A DNA stretch of 64,000 bases from Camelus ferus (GCF_009834535.1 NC_045707.1:56856001-56920000), one strand, 5' to 3'; counted from the stretch's first letter, positions 13,681-27,349 are shown. The notes: a model not told the origin generated them from the letters alone. Program-made: numbers and translations.

Positions 13681-14513
13681 CCAAAGAGTGTCTCATTATA
13701 GGAGTCAAGAGTGGAGACAGTTTTAAAGAAAGGAGCAATAAATTGTGTCAAATATTAGACAGATTATTAGAAGTAGACTAAAAGGATCATTGGATTCCAT
13801 TCATCAGAAATGAAGCCAGATTGCAATGAACAAATTAAAACCAAATGGAAGCAGTGAAGTTAGACCACTTAAGATGCATAGTTATGAAAACGAGAAATCT
13901 AAGGCAATAGAATAGAGGTTGTAAATATATTAAACTTATTGTTTTAAAATCCTTAAATATATCAGTGATGTATAATGTTTGAAGGTCTTGCTGAGGGATA
14001 CAGTGCCAATGCTGGGGAAAGAGAGTACCCAGGGTAAGCAGTGGAATGGCACATTAGAGGAAGTAGAGAAGATAAAAGTAACGTCATAGGCAAACTGTTA
14101 TCTTTGGAAAGGGATAGATGGCTGAGTTCTTCGTAAAAAATACTTCAAAAAGAAAATGAATGTGTATTGAAAAAACAGCAAGATAAAGAGGTTTACTTTT
14201 AAATAAGAAAAACTAAACATATAGACCATGACTTCTCTTTGTAGACAATGTTCATTGTCCATTGCCGGGAATAATGACTTGTAAGAATACTTCTCCTTGC
14301 CTAACACCCTGAAGGAATATTCGTATTACCATAATGGAATTCTTCAGAGCAAGAGGTTATTGTACAGTCAGCACAAACTCTCATATAAAATAGCTACGTG
14401 CGTTGAAATACTCCTCAGTGAACCTTTTTCAGCTCTCATGTTTTGTCCTAACTACACACGAGTTGTCATTGTTTTTCCCTAATAGTATTATTCTGCAATT
14501 TTCTGTAGAATAA

Positions 14514-14712
14514 AAACTACTTAATATAAAATAGATACACAGTAAGTTTCTTCTGTATAGCACAGGGAACCATATTCAAAATCTTGTAGTAACCTATAAC
14601 AAAAAAGAATATGAAAACAAATATATGCATATATATATGAATGACAGAAACGTTATGCTGTATACCAGAGATTGACACAACATTGTAAACTGACTATACT
14701 TCAATTAAAAGA
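14514..14712 (+). mobile_element. Young cetartiodactyl-type L1 3' UTR end, 5'-truncated
   Basis: ctgtatagcacagggaaccatattcaaaatcttgtagtaacctataac...acacaacattgtaaactgactatacttcaattaaaa; highly similar to 59370-59550. Confidence 0.88.
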
Positions 14713-15159
14713 AAGACAAATCATTGATGGGCAGTAAAAAACAACACACTAAGCTTCTCTGAATTATTTTTGTTTTATATGCTGGCTTAATTATTTTTAC
14801 TTAAGTTTTAATTTTATGAGCAGAGCCGAGAATATCTACAATTAACCGTGGGCTTAGATTAGCTTATTTTATTTTTCTTAGTAACTTACTTTTAGATTCA
14901 TTCAGTTTTTGTTTCTTCCACTGTTTTGCTGTAATTTTCTCCTCCTGTCTCCTAAGTTGTGTTTTTTTTTGTTTGTTTGTTTTGTTTTTTTTTTGCAATA
15001 CTTGCCAACAGATAACTGCTATAGAACTAGGTCTGAAAAACAAGCAGGCCCATCCTCTTCTCATGAGATAAGAAAGCTTTAGAATTAAAGAAGTCCTGTT
15101 AATATTAACTTATTAAGTGATTTTTATCTTTGATGACATCTCTGTTTTCTGTCACAAGC

Positions 15160-15184
15160 AAAAAAAAAAAAAAAAAAAAAAAAA
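15160..15184 (+). repeat. Poly(A) tract, A25
   Basis: 25 uninterrupted A residues. Confidence 0.95.
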
Positions 15185-15480
15185 GTGAACACAGAGTATT
15201 TGTTACAGTTAAAATAGCCAGAATTCACTGGACTTAAAAGGTTGTCACTGAATGCTGAATATTACTGCCACCATTTTGGTAGAAAGAATTGGCTCCATCC
15301 ATGTGGCTATTTATCACATGTTTCAGATTGTAAACCTCAGGTAGAAGCTTCCAAATGGCTGAATGTACCTGTGTCCTAGTTGTTAAGAATCCAGGTAAGC
15401 CTCTTTTGGCAGTGAAATACCAATGTTCCTACCATCGAGACCCATCCATTCCTCTACCACTCCCATCCCCAACTCAGTTA

Positions 15481-15648
15481 CAGTCAGCCTTATGTATCCG
15501 TGAGTTCAAAAAATTTTGGATGCAGAACCCTGGATATGGAGGGCCGACTGTACTACCCCATTTTATATAAGGGACTTAAGCATTAGCAGATTTGGGGATC
15601 CACGCTTTGTCCTTGAACCAGTCCCCTACAGTTATCAAGGGAGGATTG
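15481..15648 (+). mobile_element. TcMar-Tigger MITE (Tigger3/MER2 family), internally rearranged
   Basis: TA-flanked; begins cagtcagccttatgtatcc; 3' part ccattttatataagggacttaagcat...gaaccagtcccc matches 49125-49216. Confidence 0.8.
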
Positions 15649-16789
15649 TACTTAGTTCCAGTGGTGACCACCTTATCTAAACTCATCAGTGAGCTCTTTC
15701 TAGGGAATTTTAGTTGAAATGGGAAAAGAGAAAGCTTTGTATTTGTCCACATAAAGTTTGGGAGCGGTGTAAAGTCCCATTTTTTTTTAACTAGGGGACC
15801 TATAGAGAGAAAGAACTTCAGATGGTAAAAGAGAAAAGAAGCAAGATTAACAAAGAGGAATACCAATGATAAAAGAGTCAGTCTGTTGACATTCAAGTAC
15901 TCTTATCTTTTCTTCATTCCTGAGACCCAGTTCAGTTTCTATCCCTGAATTTTATCAGACACACATTATCCTTCTAATAATTTAGCTTTCTTAAGTTAGA
16001 AACTTAAGAAAATTTATCCATTAACTCTGATTTCTGTAAATGCATTCCTTATTTGTAGGTCAGTGAAAATATGATAAAATATGATGAAATATGATATGAA
16101 AAAGGTAGATGTGGAAAAAACATTTATATTGTGTTTGACATTTATAAACTTTTAAAAGTATGAACTAGGTTCTACATATATAATGTTATATAGATTAGTA
16201 TAATATACAAATTCTATTTAAAAGGAGAGAAAAAAGAATTATACCCTTGTAAATACTTAAATTTTCTGCTTAGAGACAGAATTAGTACTTTAAACTTAGA
16301 TGACACTAGAGTCTGGCTTTCTGGTATCATCTCTTGCTGCTGTCTACCTTGACTTTATGCTTAGTTAGTTCTCCTGTACATTAAAGCCTGGTTCTTATTC
16401 TTTTTTACCAGGATAATCTATTTAACCTTTAACAGTTCTTCAGATTTCACCTCTGTATTCAATTAATCCAACAAGTGATTTTGTTTTTTTAATTGAGTAG
16501 CTTCTAATTATATGGTAAGAAAAAGTAGAAAAAATACAACTGTCTTAGGGCCTCCTTTCCAATGAAGAATCAAATATTTATCAAATACCCAAATACATAT
16601 AAATGCCAAAATTCATAAGAAGCCATGAAGTAAAGGGATGAGGTTCAGAGAAAACTTTCCTGAGGAAGTCAAGAACTAAAAAGAAAAGTTGACTTTAACT
16701 AGTTCAAAGGGAGGATGGGGAGTGGGATGATTGCTGAATGAGCCCCTGGACAAGAGTGTTTCTACCATACCCATAGATTTGATTACATA

Positions 16790-16980
16790 TTTTTCTTGGT
16801 ACTCCAATAGCATCATATGTACATCTCGGTCTTGGCACTTATATCCTCAATTTATTATTTCTACTTCTCTACCAAAGAAAATGTAAAATTTTTGAAGCAT
16901 GAGCTGTGTGTAATTTACTCTTGTTTATGCTAGCATAGTTACCTGTCACATAGGGGGCACCCAAAACTACTTTATGAATT
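16790..16980 (+). mobile_element. L2 3' terminus
   Basis: aatgtaaaatttttgaagcatgagctgtg...ctagcatagttacctgtcacatagggggcac. Confidence 0.55.
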
Positions 16981-18839
16981 ATTAGCTTATATTCTAATTG
17001 AAATGTTATGCCTCAAACTGGTGAGATTAAATTAGTTGCAATTTCATAAGGGAAATGTAGAATGTAGAAGACAGGACATTCTGCTCATGCATTTTGTTCT
17101 TTGCCATCTCATGTAATATTCACACTCCATGTCTGTCATTCTTCCTGTGTAAGCCCCTGTAGAAATACACGCTGTCATCTTAAATGAATCATAGGAATAA
17201 TTTTGGCATGTTAATATACTTTTAAATTTATTAGTGAATTAAGTAAGTCATTGCATTAAAATAGGGATATATATATATATATAAATAGAAATAAGCAATT
17301 AGCTTTGCATTTTTGTATCAAAGCTAATTTACTGTAATTTGTGCAGAATGTCTTTTGTATGACAGGTGGTTTGTTGATGTCTTGTCCTTCCTGATCAGAA
17401 GTCTCACTAGATTAAATTTATCAGCTATTTTCAGATAGATGTATTTTGTTAAATTTTCTAAATTTAAGCCTCTATAGTCACCAAGAAGTCATTCCTATAA
17501 TGATAGAATCCAGGGTACCTATGCTATAGCTGAAACTCAACTTAGGTCTCTGTGATTCCAAATATAACCTCTTTCTCCTATCCTACACTTTCTCTTGCTT
17601 ACAAATATAAAGTTACTTGATGTTGAAAAACATAGTAAAAACAAATTGTTGACACATTTAGGCTAAATTAAAATATTTAGAACTATAAATTTAAGATCTG
17701 AAAAAGTCTTCTGTGAGAGAGAGCCCAATTTTCTGCCTGATAAACAGTAGGCACTAATGGACATTTATGGACATTCATTAAAAAAAGTCAGTTCAGTTTT
17801 TACTTAAGAAATAAATAAGACATCCTGATAAATCTAGTTCTTTTCAAAATACATATGATTGTTTGCTAATACTTTATATAAACAATCCAACTGTGGTTAG
17901 ATTATGTGAGTACATATTACTTTTCACATATAATTCTACACCCAATGCTAAAGGATTTTCTTTTTCTCTTCCCCTCTCTCTCTCAGACCCACACGCATAC
18001 ACAGAGTTATGTTTTTTAAAAAGTACTTTTGACGGTATTTTACACATCTTATACTACGTCTGATTTCTGTACCATATTTTCAACCTTTTTGGCATTTCAG
18101 TCTCTGGTACCTGTACTCCTCACGGGTAGAGCCCAATAAATGTCAGTTAAAAAGAGAAAAACAAGAAAGAAGGCACACAGCTCTTCTGCCTCTGCTAGTG
18201 TGAAGCATAATAAAATGTTTTACTTTGGTTGGAAGAGGCCGTGTAGGTCAGCCCACACATTAGCATTTGAACATTTTATTCTGGCTAAATGAGACTACTG
18301 AGATAGGATGTTAATTAATTTGAGCAGATGTATGTCAACATCACTCTGGAGAAATAAATGAGCCAGAAGACTACAAAAGATCTTAGCATCATAGGAAAAG
18401 CACTGGATAAGAGAAAAAAAAAATGTAAAATCATTTAATAATTATTTTTGCTTTGCAATTTTAAAGAGGTCTCAGCATCCCACTTAAATATAAAAGTGTC
18501 TTCTTTTGATGTTTTTGTGAACTCTGATACAATAGCACTTGAACTCATTCTTAAGTCTAGAATTTCTGAGCCCTAAGAAAGAGTACTTTAATGGCATCTT
18601 GGGTATAAATTTTCATATATTTATAAAGTTTCCTTAGCTTGAAGTCATAATTTTGGTTATGCAACAGGAAAAGACTAGTTTAACTTTGGGATAAAAATGA
18701 TTTTCCTTTCAAATGAATACAACTGTGGAAACCCATATCACACAACTCCCATGAAATTCCAATCTGCGTCATCTTTTCTTGCCCTTTAATTTTCTTACCA
18801 CCTAAAATATGTGCCCGCTCCCACACACGCACACATAGG

Positions 18840-18842
<3 letters not shown>

Positions 18843-18874
<32 letters not shown>
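18843..18874. repeat. (AC)16 microsatellite
   Basis: Perfect dinucleotide run. Confidence 0.95.
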
Positions 18875-18876
<2 letters not shown>

Positions 18877-21800
18877 TTGTCACTAAACCCACATTCCTTT
18901 TTTAAAAAGAAAAACAAGGCTTTTTAACACTTACTTCTGAAATGTAGTTAGCTGCTATTATCTGGATTTTGTACCCATAAGAGTACCAGTTAGAGTATCC
19001 TGAAGCAATTCTTGACTCTAGAGAAATAAAGGATGGCATTTTCTCCTTGTGTTTTAAAATTGTTTCAACTATTTCATGTAATACAATATTTTCAAAAAGT
19101 TTAAATTTTCTTAATTTTCAAGACTATTAACTCTGGAATGAATTTAAGAAAAGGGATTAAGCTAGCCAAATAGCCCTATATTGTAGTTCAAGAACTTATA
19201 AAAACAAGTTGTATACTGTTTCTAGTGTAAAAAGGACTATATTTCAGCTTTTAAAATTCACAACATACTCATTTAGAAATGGCACTAACTCCATTGTGTT
19301 AAACCAAATGGAAACATGCATATATTCATAACATGCGTTGCAATGCATGTTTACAGCAAGTGTAAATTGGCAAGTAGTAAGCCATATTTCACTAGCTGTG
19401 CCCTCACTTGCCATTGCAGGGCTTTAAATACTTAGCTTAGGGCCAGCCATGTCTCCAGGGATTTTACAAATCTCCAGAGAGGTCTCAAGAGTCCTCCTAA
19501 ACAAAATTTTTGAGCTTCTGTTACCTGCATTGGCTGTCCTGGCTTCTTTGACCATCCTGGCCTCTCTGATGTGTATTGCTCTACAGCTCTGTGATCACAC
19601 TCCAATGGGCTTGTCTCCACCACCACCAGTGTGCCAGGGCCATGCTATAGTCCATGGAGAATGCTCTCTGTAGGTGGTCCACCTATTGGTGATTTATGTT
19701 TTGTTTGTCTGGATTTCCTGATTGTTCTCAGTGAGCTTACATCAAATTATAAGTTATAAAAAATATATTTGCATTAAGATAAAGAAATATAGATCACATT
19801 AACTATACATCTGTCCTCCATTTGTTCTAAATACTGTTTTAAGGTCCAAGCTCCACAAATTGAGAAGTATAGATAGCCTTTGGAAAACCATGAATACGGT
19901 CTCTATCTATTTCAGCTTAGTTGTAAGAAGAATTAGGCACGATACAATAATATTTCTTAATTATAAAGCAGAGTGAATCATCTATATCCTCTTTGAGAAT
20001 GAGCCACAATCTGGGGAGATCAAGAAATTTTACTTGATAAACCTGGTAGAATCTCATCTTTTAGGGTAATTTTGTAAAAAAGAGATATCTTTAGAATAAC
20101 AATATAACTCAAAAACTTTTAAAACGTTATTATTATTCCTACTATAATGGCAGATTTCAGACAGGACCATTTGGTTCCAGGGAAAATCATAGTTGTGATA
20201 TCGTATGGCTCTTATTTAAGAAATTCTTTACCAAAATATATTCAATTCTTATCAGTGAGAGTGAGTTAGCTTCCACAACTATTTTCCCTCCATTCTACAA
20301 TGTATTTCTGTGGTATATATATATACCTACATATTTGAAACTTAGAACATTCTATTTTGACTATTTCAAAAATGAAATACTGATTTATATTAAAATATTA
20401 TTTATTTGCATGCTATTTCAGATAGCATCAATAAAATGTGCAATATAATTTTATTATACGACCAATATTTGCAAGTCTGCATAAATTTAGATGAGTCAGA
20501 TAATTAAATAAATATATTTTCTTACTCCAGTAACAACCATTTATTTTATTATTCAAAATAAATGAAAATGTTATAGCATTATACTTCTATATGTTAGTGC
20601 TTTAACAAAATTGAATTATAAACACATTAATGTAACAAATTCTTCAATTAAGGAAGAACTGTGCTAACAACTGTGATGACATTTGACTCAGGAATAGTTT
20701 CATATTTCTACCTTTTAGATTTTGGAGAACGAAATCAGAAAATTTCCATGCCACCTTTTGGTTAATAAGATAGAAAATTACGATGTATATTATATTTTAT
20801 TAGTTATTTAAAATTCTTAAAAACATACATGAAACATTTAAACATACTTTTCAACAGTATCACTAAAATGTTCCATCTCTGATGAAGTGAAAGAATATAT
20901 CACATTGCACACCCAACCATATTATATGGACCAAATAAATGAAATTAGAAGGGAATTACAATGTAACTTTAAAATTATGATCCAGAGCTACTGATTTGTA
21001 GCACATGATTTATAACTGGAAACCCACCATCCTTCAAGGAGCTTGTTGATTCTTTGTCCAATGATAATTCATTTGGTATTTCAGGAACATAGTATGTTAG
21101 TCAAATCTCAATGTGTGCAGCTTAGTAAATTTATAAATTGTTCATATAAACGTTCATACAAATTAGGCTATGGCTTTCCTATAGACACCTTTCCTGAACC
21201 CCCAGTGATATTTGAGACATAATTTATGGCCAGAGAGTTTGTAAGTACATTTTAGCAAAAGTATTAATTCTCTCAGACCATTAACACTTTTAAGTAAATT
21301 ACCCATTTAGTGAGCTAAATGCTGTGTAATTGGAGAAGTCTCAGTTATGATCTGAAATTATTTAGCTCTGAGTGATGGCCTAGACTTTCTGTATTTTCAG
21401 AAATTAGCTTAAATAATAGAGAAAGAAAATTATTACAGCTATTCACCTATGCCAAGACTAACTTTAATGACAGCTAGTGGAAATTGCTGAAATAATGCTG
21501 CTTCCTAGAATAATTGATAGCCTTTGTGATAAGATCTTTGAATAAGAAAGCATTAACTATAACAATTATATAACTTTTTAAGGCAGATCAATTTTAAAGA
21601 TCCTCTCTACTGTGGTAAGCAGAAAAGAAAATACACAATTATTCTAACCAGAGTGAGTTGGACATTGTTAGCAGATGGGATTTTAAATATTCCTTAGAGG
21701 TTTTGGGATTGGGGGATTTTGAGAGTCTGTCCTGTGCTTATCTGGGAATATCCTGATGAATGAAACAGATCTGATTCCTCCACTCACTTTCAGTCCAGTT

Positions 21801-22159
21801 GGCAAATATTATTCAAGTAATCACTCTACATAATGTATAGCTGTAGATCAGGGAAGAATATACAGTTCTGTAAAGGCATATAAGAATGACTTTCCTTTTG
21901 TTTGGAGAGGGAGTAGAAAAGGCTTCCATAGATGAACATAATTATATTCCTCTTGACCACAAATCTAGTTTCTCATAATTCTCTAGCAGTCTCTGTAATC
22001 ACAATTTAGTGGTAAATTGAGTTGATATTACCAGGGATGAAAATCTAAATGTGAATAGGCATGGGAACTTATCAATCAGAGTAACTAAGTTTGCAAGAAT
22101 ATTCAGTTAGGATTTACATTGAAATGGTTAGATAACCTTAACTTTATTTTGTGAAAAAG

Positions 22160-22161
<2 letters not shown>

Positions 22162-22208
<47 letters not shown>
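22162..22208. repeat. (TG)23 microsatellite
   Basis: Perfect dinucleotide run. Confidence 0.95.
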
Positions 22209-22211
<3 letters not shown>

Positions 22212-23869
22212 ACTTTTGGAGTCACGGAGACCTGATAAACCACTTCTTATTTAATACCTTCTTTGTCTTTTGACAATCTCATTGAGGAAAAAATTTAAAA
22301 AGTAGGAGCCATCAGGGTAACTTAGGTCATTTATATAAATATAAAAATTTTTTTAGCAGTTTAAAACATTAAGAGCTGCTGGTTCAAAATTATATTGAAT
22401 ATGAAAATTAGATAATCTGCCATATTCGTGCTAATAGAAAATACAAATATAAATGCAAGAAGTGCAAGATGTATCTATTTTGAAAAATAGCTCAACTCCA
22501 TCAAGCTATTAATTTGCTAATTTGGGCTCTAGTCTCTTTCTTGTCCTTTATGAAATTAATTATAGTGTTTGTGTTTTGCCAAACAATCAGTGAAAAGATT
22601 AAATAACAGAAACCCATGACTAAAGAACTATTTGTTTTCTCCTAATGAAAGTCTCTCACTGTCTGAAAATTGTGCCTGTTAAGATTTATAGATTATCAAT
22701 TCAAAGAATCTTAGATTAATGAGGCATAATCCCTTTTGGGAAAAATAGGAAAATAATTAATGCCAATGTTATTCCTTAGTTGTAGTTATCATATTCAATG
22801 AGATTTCATTTAACTAAAAACATGTGATAATGATTTTATATACATTATTACGTTACACTGTAATACTATCCTATGTTACATACCATGTAGTCTAAATTGG
22901 AATTAATTTGAATCCTTTCTGTTTTGAAATCATGGAAATAGGATTTTCAATTAAGATTATTTTATATGCATTTCTCACAACATGTAGTATGTAGCACAGG
23001 ATATTAGAAAGGGTGTTAAAAATTTTTGTCAAATACATTAGAAAATTATATAGATATAGGTAGGTATAGATATAGATATATATAAATAGAGATTGAGATT
23101 TTTTTCAGAGCTTTTAATCTTCTAGTGTATTTAATGAATGTCTAAAAAGCAGAAATGTAACATTTCAGAATTTACATGACTGCAAAACCCTGTGTTTTTA
23201 AACTATTTAGAGGAGCATTCTTTGGGAAATGCTATTCTAATTCAAATACACTCCCTTAAGATTTGTTCATAAACCATAGCCTTCGATCTTATTTACCAAA
23301 GAATTTCTACCTTTAAAGATGGAGAAAAGAGCCTTAGTTACTTGAATATCCACCCAGCCTTATCACTAAGAATTTGAAATGAACTCACATGGTACTGAAC
23401 AAGAAAAACCCTGGCATACATTCCAAACAATCTTCAGTCATTGTGCTAAAAAATTTGTATAGTTCTTTAGTCATGGTTTTCCATTATTTAATCTTTTCAC
23501 TGATAATTCGGCAAAACACAAAACATAACAATTTCATAAATGACAATAAGAATGAGAAAAAGGTAGAGCACAAATTAGCAAATCAGTAACTTGATAGGGG
23601 TTTGTCATCAAACAGAAGTGTGGAAATATGAACCACTTTTAATGAATGCTTTTAAAGGTTGTTTGATTCAGTTTATCTACCCCTATACTAGTTTTCGGGA
23701 CTGGTAAGACATCAAGCAAAAACCTTACCAATAGCAATCAACCAATTTAGAGAGAAATTCCACATATAGCATGAGACCTGGGACAATTGTATCAACTCAG
23801 TTATATGTTCTTTCTTCATATGTTTATTCACATTTTTTCCTTCACTCCCTCGTACATACAAATGACATA

Positions 23870-24535
23870 GCAAAGGCTTCTTGACTTTATTTCTAACTTT
23901 CAGTTCTACTGAAGAACTATCCCATGTGCATATCAACACTAGCTCAATTTAAATGCCTAATTAAAAACCACCATTAAATAGTACTCTCACACTGCACTGT
24001 GGAGCTACCTCAGCCAGAATCCTCATAGTTCATTGGAACCAAATTCTGAACAGGAAGCTTGTTTCTTTTTGAATCCTCCAAGTACTGTTTACTTCCACTG
24101 TCTACTTAGATCTTCAAAATGTATCACTTTAATCCCCTACCTTCCGGCTAACTGTATCACATTATTATGTATATACCTTGTCAAAGATATCCCATTACTA
24201 TTTTTCCAAATAATTAATTTCATGCTTTTACAAATGCTCTTCTCTAGTTCTGGAATGCCTTAACTTCCCACCCAAGTGCCTAACGAGTTCTTACCCATTC
24301 CTGAAGACTTAGCTCAGATCAGATACTTCCTTATGTTGTGAATCCTCCCCTTGACTTCATGAGCTCTATGACCTCTGGATTTTCTCTGCTTCTTAAGCAC
24401 TCCATGCAGCCCTAATACAGCACTCAGTGCATCATATGTAATCTTTTTCACTTCTCTATCTTCATGGCTAGACTGTGAATTTTGAAAGGGCAAAAATTTG
24501 TCATTTACTCTGTATCATCTCCTTTGTCTAGTAAT
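23870..24535 (+). mobile_element. L2 LINE 3' region
   Basis: ctggaatgcctt...ttcttacccattcctgaagacttagctcaga...ctagactgtgaattttgaaagggcaa. Confidence 0.6.
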
Positions 24536-25163
24536 AATTAATTGGTCTATTTACTGAGGATTAAAGATTTAAAATGTTTTTATACTAAACTATTTGTTTT
24601 ACCAAGGTTCACAAACTTGTATCAGAAAGAAAACTGTCTTTGTTTCAGAATGTATCTTAATGGCTTAGTTTTTTGTTAAGATAAAATGCTCTAAGGCTGC
24701 TTCAGGATTGACAGAGACAAGTAAATTGATTTACATAATAAGTTAATTGAGATCTGTGGGTGTGGAGAGAAAATAACAGAGACCCCAGCAGGAAAATGGT
24801 CAGCTGGTCAGCAACAAATTCACAATGATGTGGAGAAGTAGTGATTAAAATAACATTTCAGAATAAGAAAGCTTTATACTCAGATTACTATTATTTATTC
24901 TGTTGTTACTATGCATTACTATTATTTATTCTGAGATTACTATTATTATCCATTAAACAGGCAAATGCCTTATGTGAATGATATTTTAAGACTATTTAAG
25001 GGAAAAGGGCCACATTCAAGGATTCAGTGAGACCAAAACTTTGAAGTGAAGAGGCTGTTGTGAGAATGAACAATCTCTTATTTTTAAAAACATCAAGGGG
25101 GAATGTGTTGGACTTCCCATAGGACATGATATGGAATAACCGTCAGTATTATTTAAATCTCAA

Positions 25164-25562
25164 TGTCATTCTAAGTGAAGTAAGCCAGGAAGAGAAAGAA
25201 AAATGCCATATGAGATCATTCATATGTGGAATCTAAAAAAAAAAAAACAAAACAAACAAAGCATAAATACAAAACAGAAACAGACTCATAGACATAGAAT
25301 ACAAACTTGTGGTTGCCAAGGGGGCGGGGGGTGGGAAGGGACAGACTGGGATTTCAAAATGTAGAATAGATAAACAAGATTATACTGTATAGCACAGGGA
25401 AATATATACAAGATCTTATGGTAGCTCACAGAGAAAAAAATGTGACAATGAATATATATATATATGTTCATGTATAACTGAAAAATTGTGCTCTACACTG
25501 GAATTTGACACAACATTGTAAAATGATTATAAATTAATAAAAAATGTTTAAAAATATTTTTT
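25164..25562 (+). mobile_element. Young lineage-specific L1 3' end (end of ORF2 plus 3' UTR) with TSD
   Basis: gtcattctaagtgaagtaagccag, G-rich tract at 25320-25340, aataaa and A/T tail; flanked by aaatctcaa at 25155-25163 and 25563-25571, preceded by tt as in an L1 endonuclease site. Confidence 0.92.
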
Positions 25563-27349
25563 AAATCTCAAAGTGGAAAAGACTTCAGTTGACATCTAGG
25601 TCATATTTTTATACAAGCTAAAATTCCTGTCAGTTGCTCTAGTGTCTAGTGTATATCATTAGATATCTTAAACATTGAATTTCTTTCTTAGAATGCATTA
25701 ATTCCTCACTTGTAAATTCAAATACTATTTCCAAATATGAATGGTAGTGACTGGTATTTTTCCAAAAGCATATCACTCTCATGCAACATCTTTAAAGGAC
25801 AGAAGGGTCTAGGAAGGTAGAGGCAAAGCTAGAACTATATATAAATGAAAGCAATAATAAATATATGTGGCAATGCTCCTTCCAGAGTAGGCATGTGTTT
25901 TTAAAGGATGCAGTCGGGTTGGGACAGATGGGAGAATATGATTCACTACTTGTGTGGAGGCAAGCTATGGCTCAGAGACATTGATTTCCTGCTATTTATT
26001 TCTCTTGTGGGAAATCAAGCTTCCTTATAGTTTTGCTAATAAAAAGCTTACCAACTAAACCTTGGAATGACACAAATATTTTCTTTGCAACTGTAATAGT
26101 ATAGCTCTATAATAAGCACCTGCAGGCTCTTTGTGTAAAATCATGTTATCTATCGTAACATTAGTTTAATGACTGCTCTCATAATTTCTAACTGAGACTA
26201 CAGAAGTCATCAATTAATGTTGCTGTTGTTTAAAGGAAAATAAATATCCTAATTCTCTTCTCATTTCTTTTTTAAAGTGAGAATAGTCCTAGATTAAAAA
26301 CCATAACAGAGTTCTGGTTCATTTCCTTATTACACATTTCCTAGGTGCTTGTTATTGTTGCTTTAATTAGAGATAAGTTATTATTCCTATTTTCCTTATT
26401 AAAACATTAGTCACATGGAATTTACATAGTTTGTCAAAGAATCTTATAGAAAATCATGGTGGAATATAGCTCACATCTACAATTCTCTTTGTTCTTTCTC
26501 TAATTCTGTTACCTCTCTAATTAACCATGTCACTGATTGATTTACAAGTTAGTCAGCAAGTTAACAGTTACCGTAAAGTGAAGAGTATATAATTTTGTTT
26601 TAGACTGAGGCCCAGAAGTAGACTTTTGATACCTAGATTTGATATCATTCAAAATGTATGATTAATCAATAGGTTTCTGGGTAATAAAATAAAATGCAAA
26701 TGAAACTTGTACAGTATAACTTAGATTTGTAGCTAATTTGAAGTGAGCATAATTCCGTAAAGTGAGCACAATTTCCATAAAAGATAAATGCAGTTTGTCA
26801 TGGACAAATAATTTTACTGCCAACACCAAAATCTAGGCACTGGAAAATATTATTCTCTTTTCCTTTCCAGCACACCCACCCCCAGCATCTGCCACACTTC
26901 TCATTGCCAGGCTTGATTAGGAATGGAAAAGTCACAACCTGCTAACTCTTTCCATACTGCAGAAGAAAGCAACTGCAGGCTCAGAAGCTTCTGGACTGTT
27001 GGTGTTCAAACTTCCTAGACACTACAACCTTGACTTATAATAAATCCAGTGCTTTCCAATGTGATGCTCTTTTTACTTTCTAAAGTGAAATTCATATAGA
27101 ATATAATAACATATAAATATGTAGTTTTTAAAAAGTCAATATAATACTCGAACTGATGGATAAAAGAAATGTAAAAGTTAATGCATAATAAATGGCATAT
27201 ACATTAATATGTAAATGTTCAGGCATGTCCAGGTATAATTAATTTATTAAATGCCTTTCTTATATATAGGTTCTTTGTGTATGTGACATATGAGGTATGT
27301 TGTATTGGTGACTTGAATCTTTTGTAGTTAGGCTTTCCAAAATATTTTC

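Noticed and set aside
14890..14951. Minus-strand exon candidate with a GTAAGT donor
   Set aside because: The upstream AG is preceded by an A-rich run, not a polypyrimidine tract.
15327..15394. Plus-strand exon candidate ending CAG|gtaagc
   Set aside because: Stops in all three frames from the acceptor; the internal ATG lacks a -3 purine and the peptide is unrecognised.
19423..19430. TATA-like tttaaata as promoter of the 19449 ORF
   Set aside because: Too close: a start site 25-30 nt downstream would fall at or after the ATG.
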